NCBI GenBank assembly: GCA_963810275.1
Contig: CAWENF010000018.1
Location: 24,187 to 88,186 of the forward strand
Length of the DNA: 64,000 nt
From: an uncultured archaeon
GTDB taxonomy: Archaea; Thermoproteota; Bathyarchaeia; Bathyarchaeales; Bathycorpusculaceae
Reading direction: 5' to 3'
A program made the position numbers and the translations under genes. Under the pieces are notes generated by a model, which worked only from the letters and a program-made list of their open reading frames with translations, did not search any database and was not told the DNA's origin. Shown here one piece after another: positions 63,646-64,000 of this stretch (positions are counted from its first letter, which is position 1; every line of letters starts with the position of its first letter).

Positions 63646-63732
63646 TGGCGCGGGATGTGGGATTTGAACCCCCGTGGCCTTTCGACCACAGACTTAGCAG
63701 GCCTGCCCCATACCAGGCTTGGGGAATCCCGC
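63646..63732 (-). tRNA. tRNA-Ser(GCT) with encoded CCA
   Basis: Acceptor GCGGGAT/ATCCCGC; CAGGC-CT-GCT-AA-GTCTG; long variable arm GGTC-GAAA-GGCC; T stem with one G-A mismatch. Confidence 0.95.
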
Positions 63733-64000
63733 ACAAGAAATCTCAATGCTAAGCCCGTTTCAGCCAATCCATTATGCTGTTGTCAAATTAAACCTTTCTG
63801 GCAATTAAAAGTAGCGGGGGCAACCCAATGGTTCTTTTGTTGGCTGAGTTTTTTCCTAACCGGTAAAAGTGTGTATATTACCTTTTACATGAAAAGAGTA
63901 ATCCGATGGACCCAGTATTAAAATGAAAATAAATATGCTGGAGGCATAGCCGTTGCATACTGGGTGCAATTATAAAAGACAACTGGACCGTTTACGAGAA

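Larger units (their letters stand above)
62224..63700. mobile_element. 1.4-kb integrase-less remnant island inserted in tRNA-Ser(GCT)
   Basis: Bounded by 56-bp tRNA-derived direct repeats; AT-rich; carries one surface-protein gene and a decayed Zn-finger ORF. Confidence 0.75.

Noticed and set aside
62205-63921. ORFs 62205-62423, 62218-62460, 63537-63752, 63655-63921
   Set aside because: They are translations of tRNA-Ser and its att duplicate.

Overview
Archaeal chromosomal window. Gene content and style (archaeal LeuRS, Trm1, EF-2, AfpA, intron-containing tRNA, PEF-type surface proteins) suggest Bathyarchaeia; this is an inference, not a database result. It contains the end of a bzd-type benzoyl-CoA-reductase/2-hydroxyacyl-CoA-dehydratase operon, housekeeping and transport genes (cbiMN, trm1, proC, leuS, ppa, two amt, a P-type ATPase, a divergent EF-2), several secreted surface proteins, and three tRNAs: Leu-CAG, a two-intron Trp-CCA, and Ser-GCT carrying a 1.4 kb integrated remnant. 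About a dozen genes, including leuS, are split by single-base indels, most likely assembly errors. The most unusual items are: (i) two paralogous, separately promoted ~235-nt structured non-coding RNAs (32731-32964, 33589-33823) with compensatory changes and complementary loop/bulge motifs; (ii) a third orphan structured RNA (10184-10332); (iii) a four-gene operon (43400-45446) of proteins sharing a DUF2589/Trypco-like helix plus beta-hairpin module; (iv) reciprocal T-stem mismatches that map an integration crossover inside tRNA-Ser.
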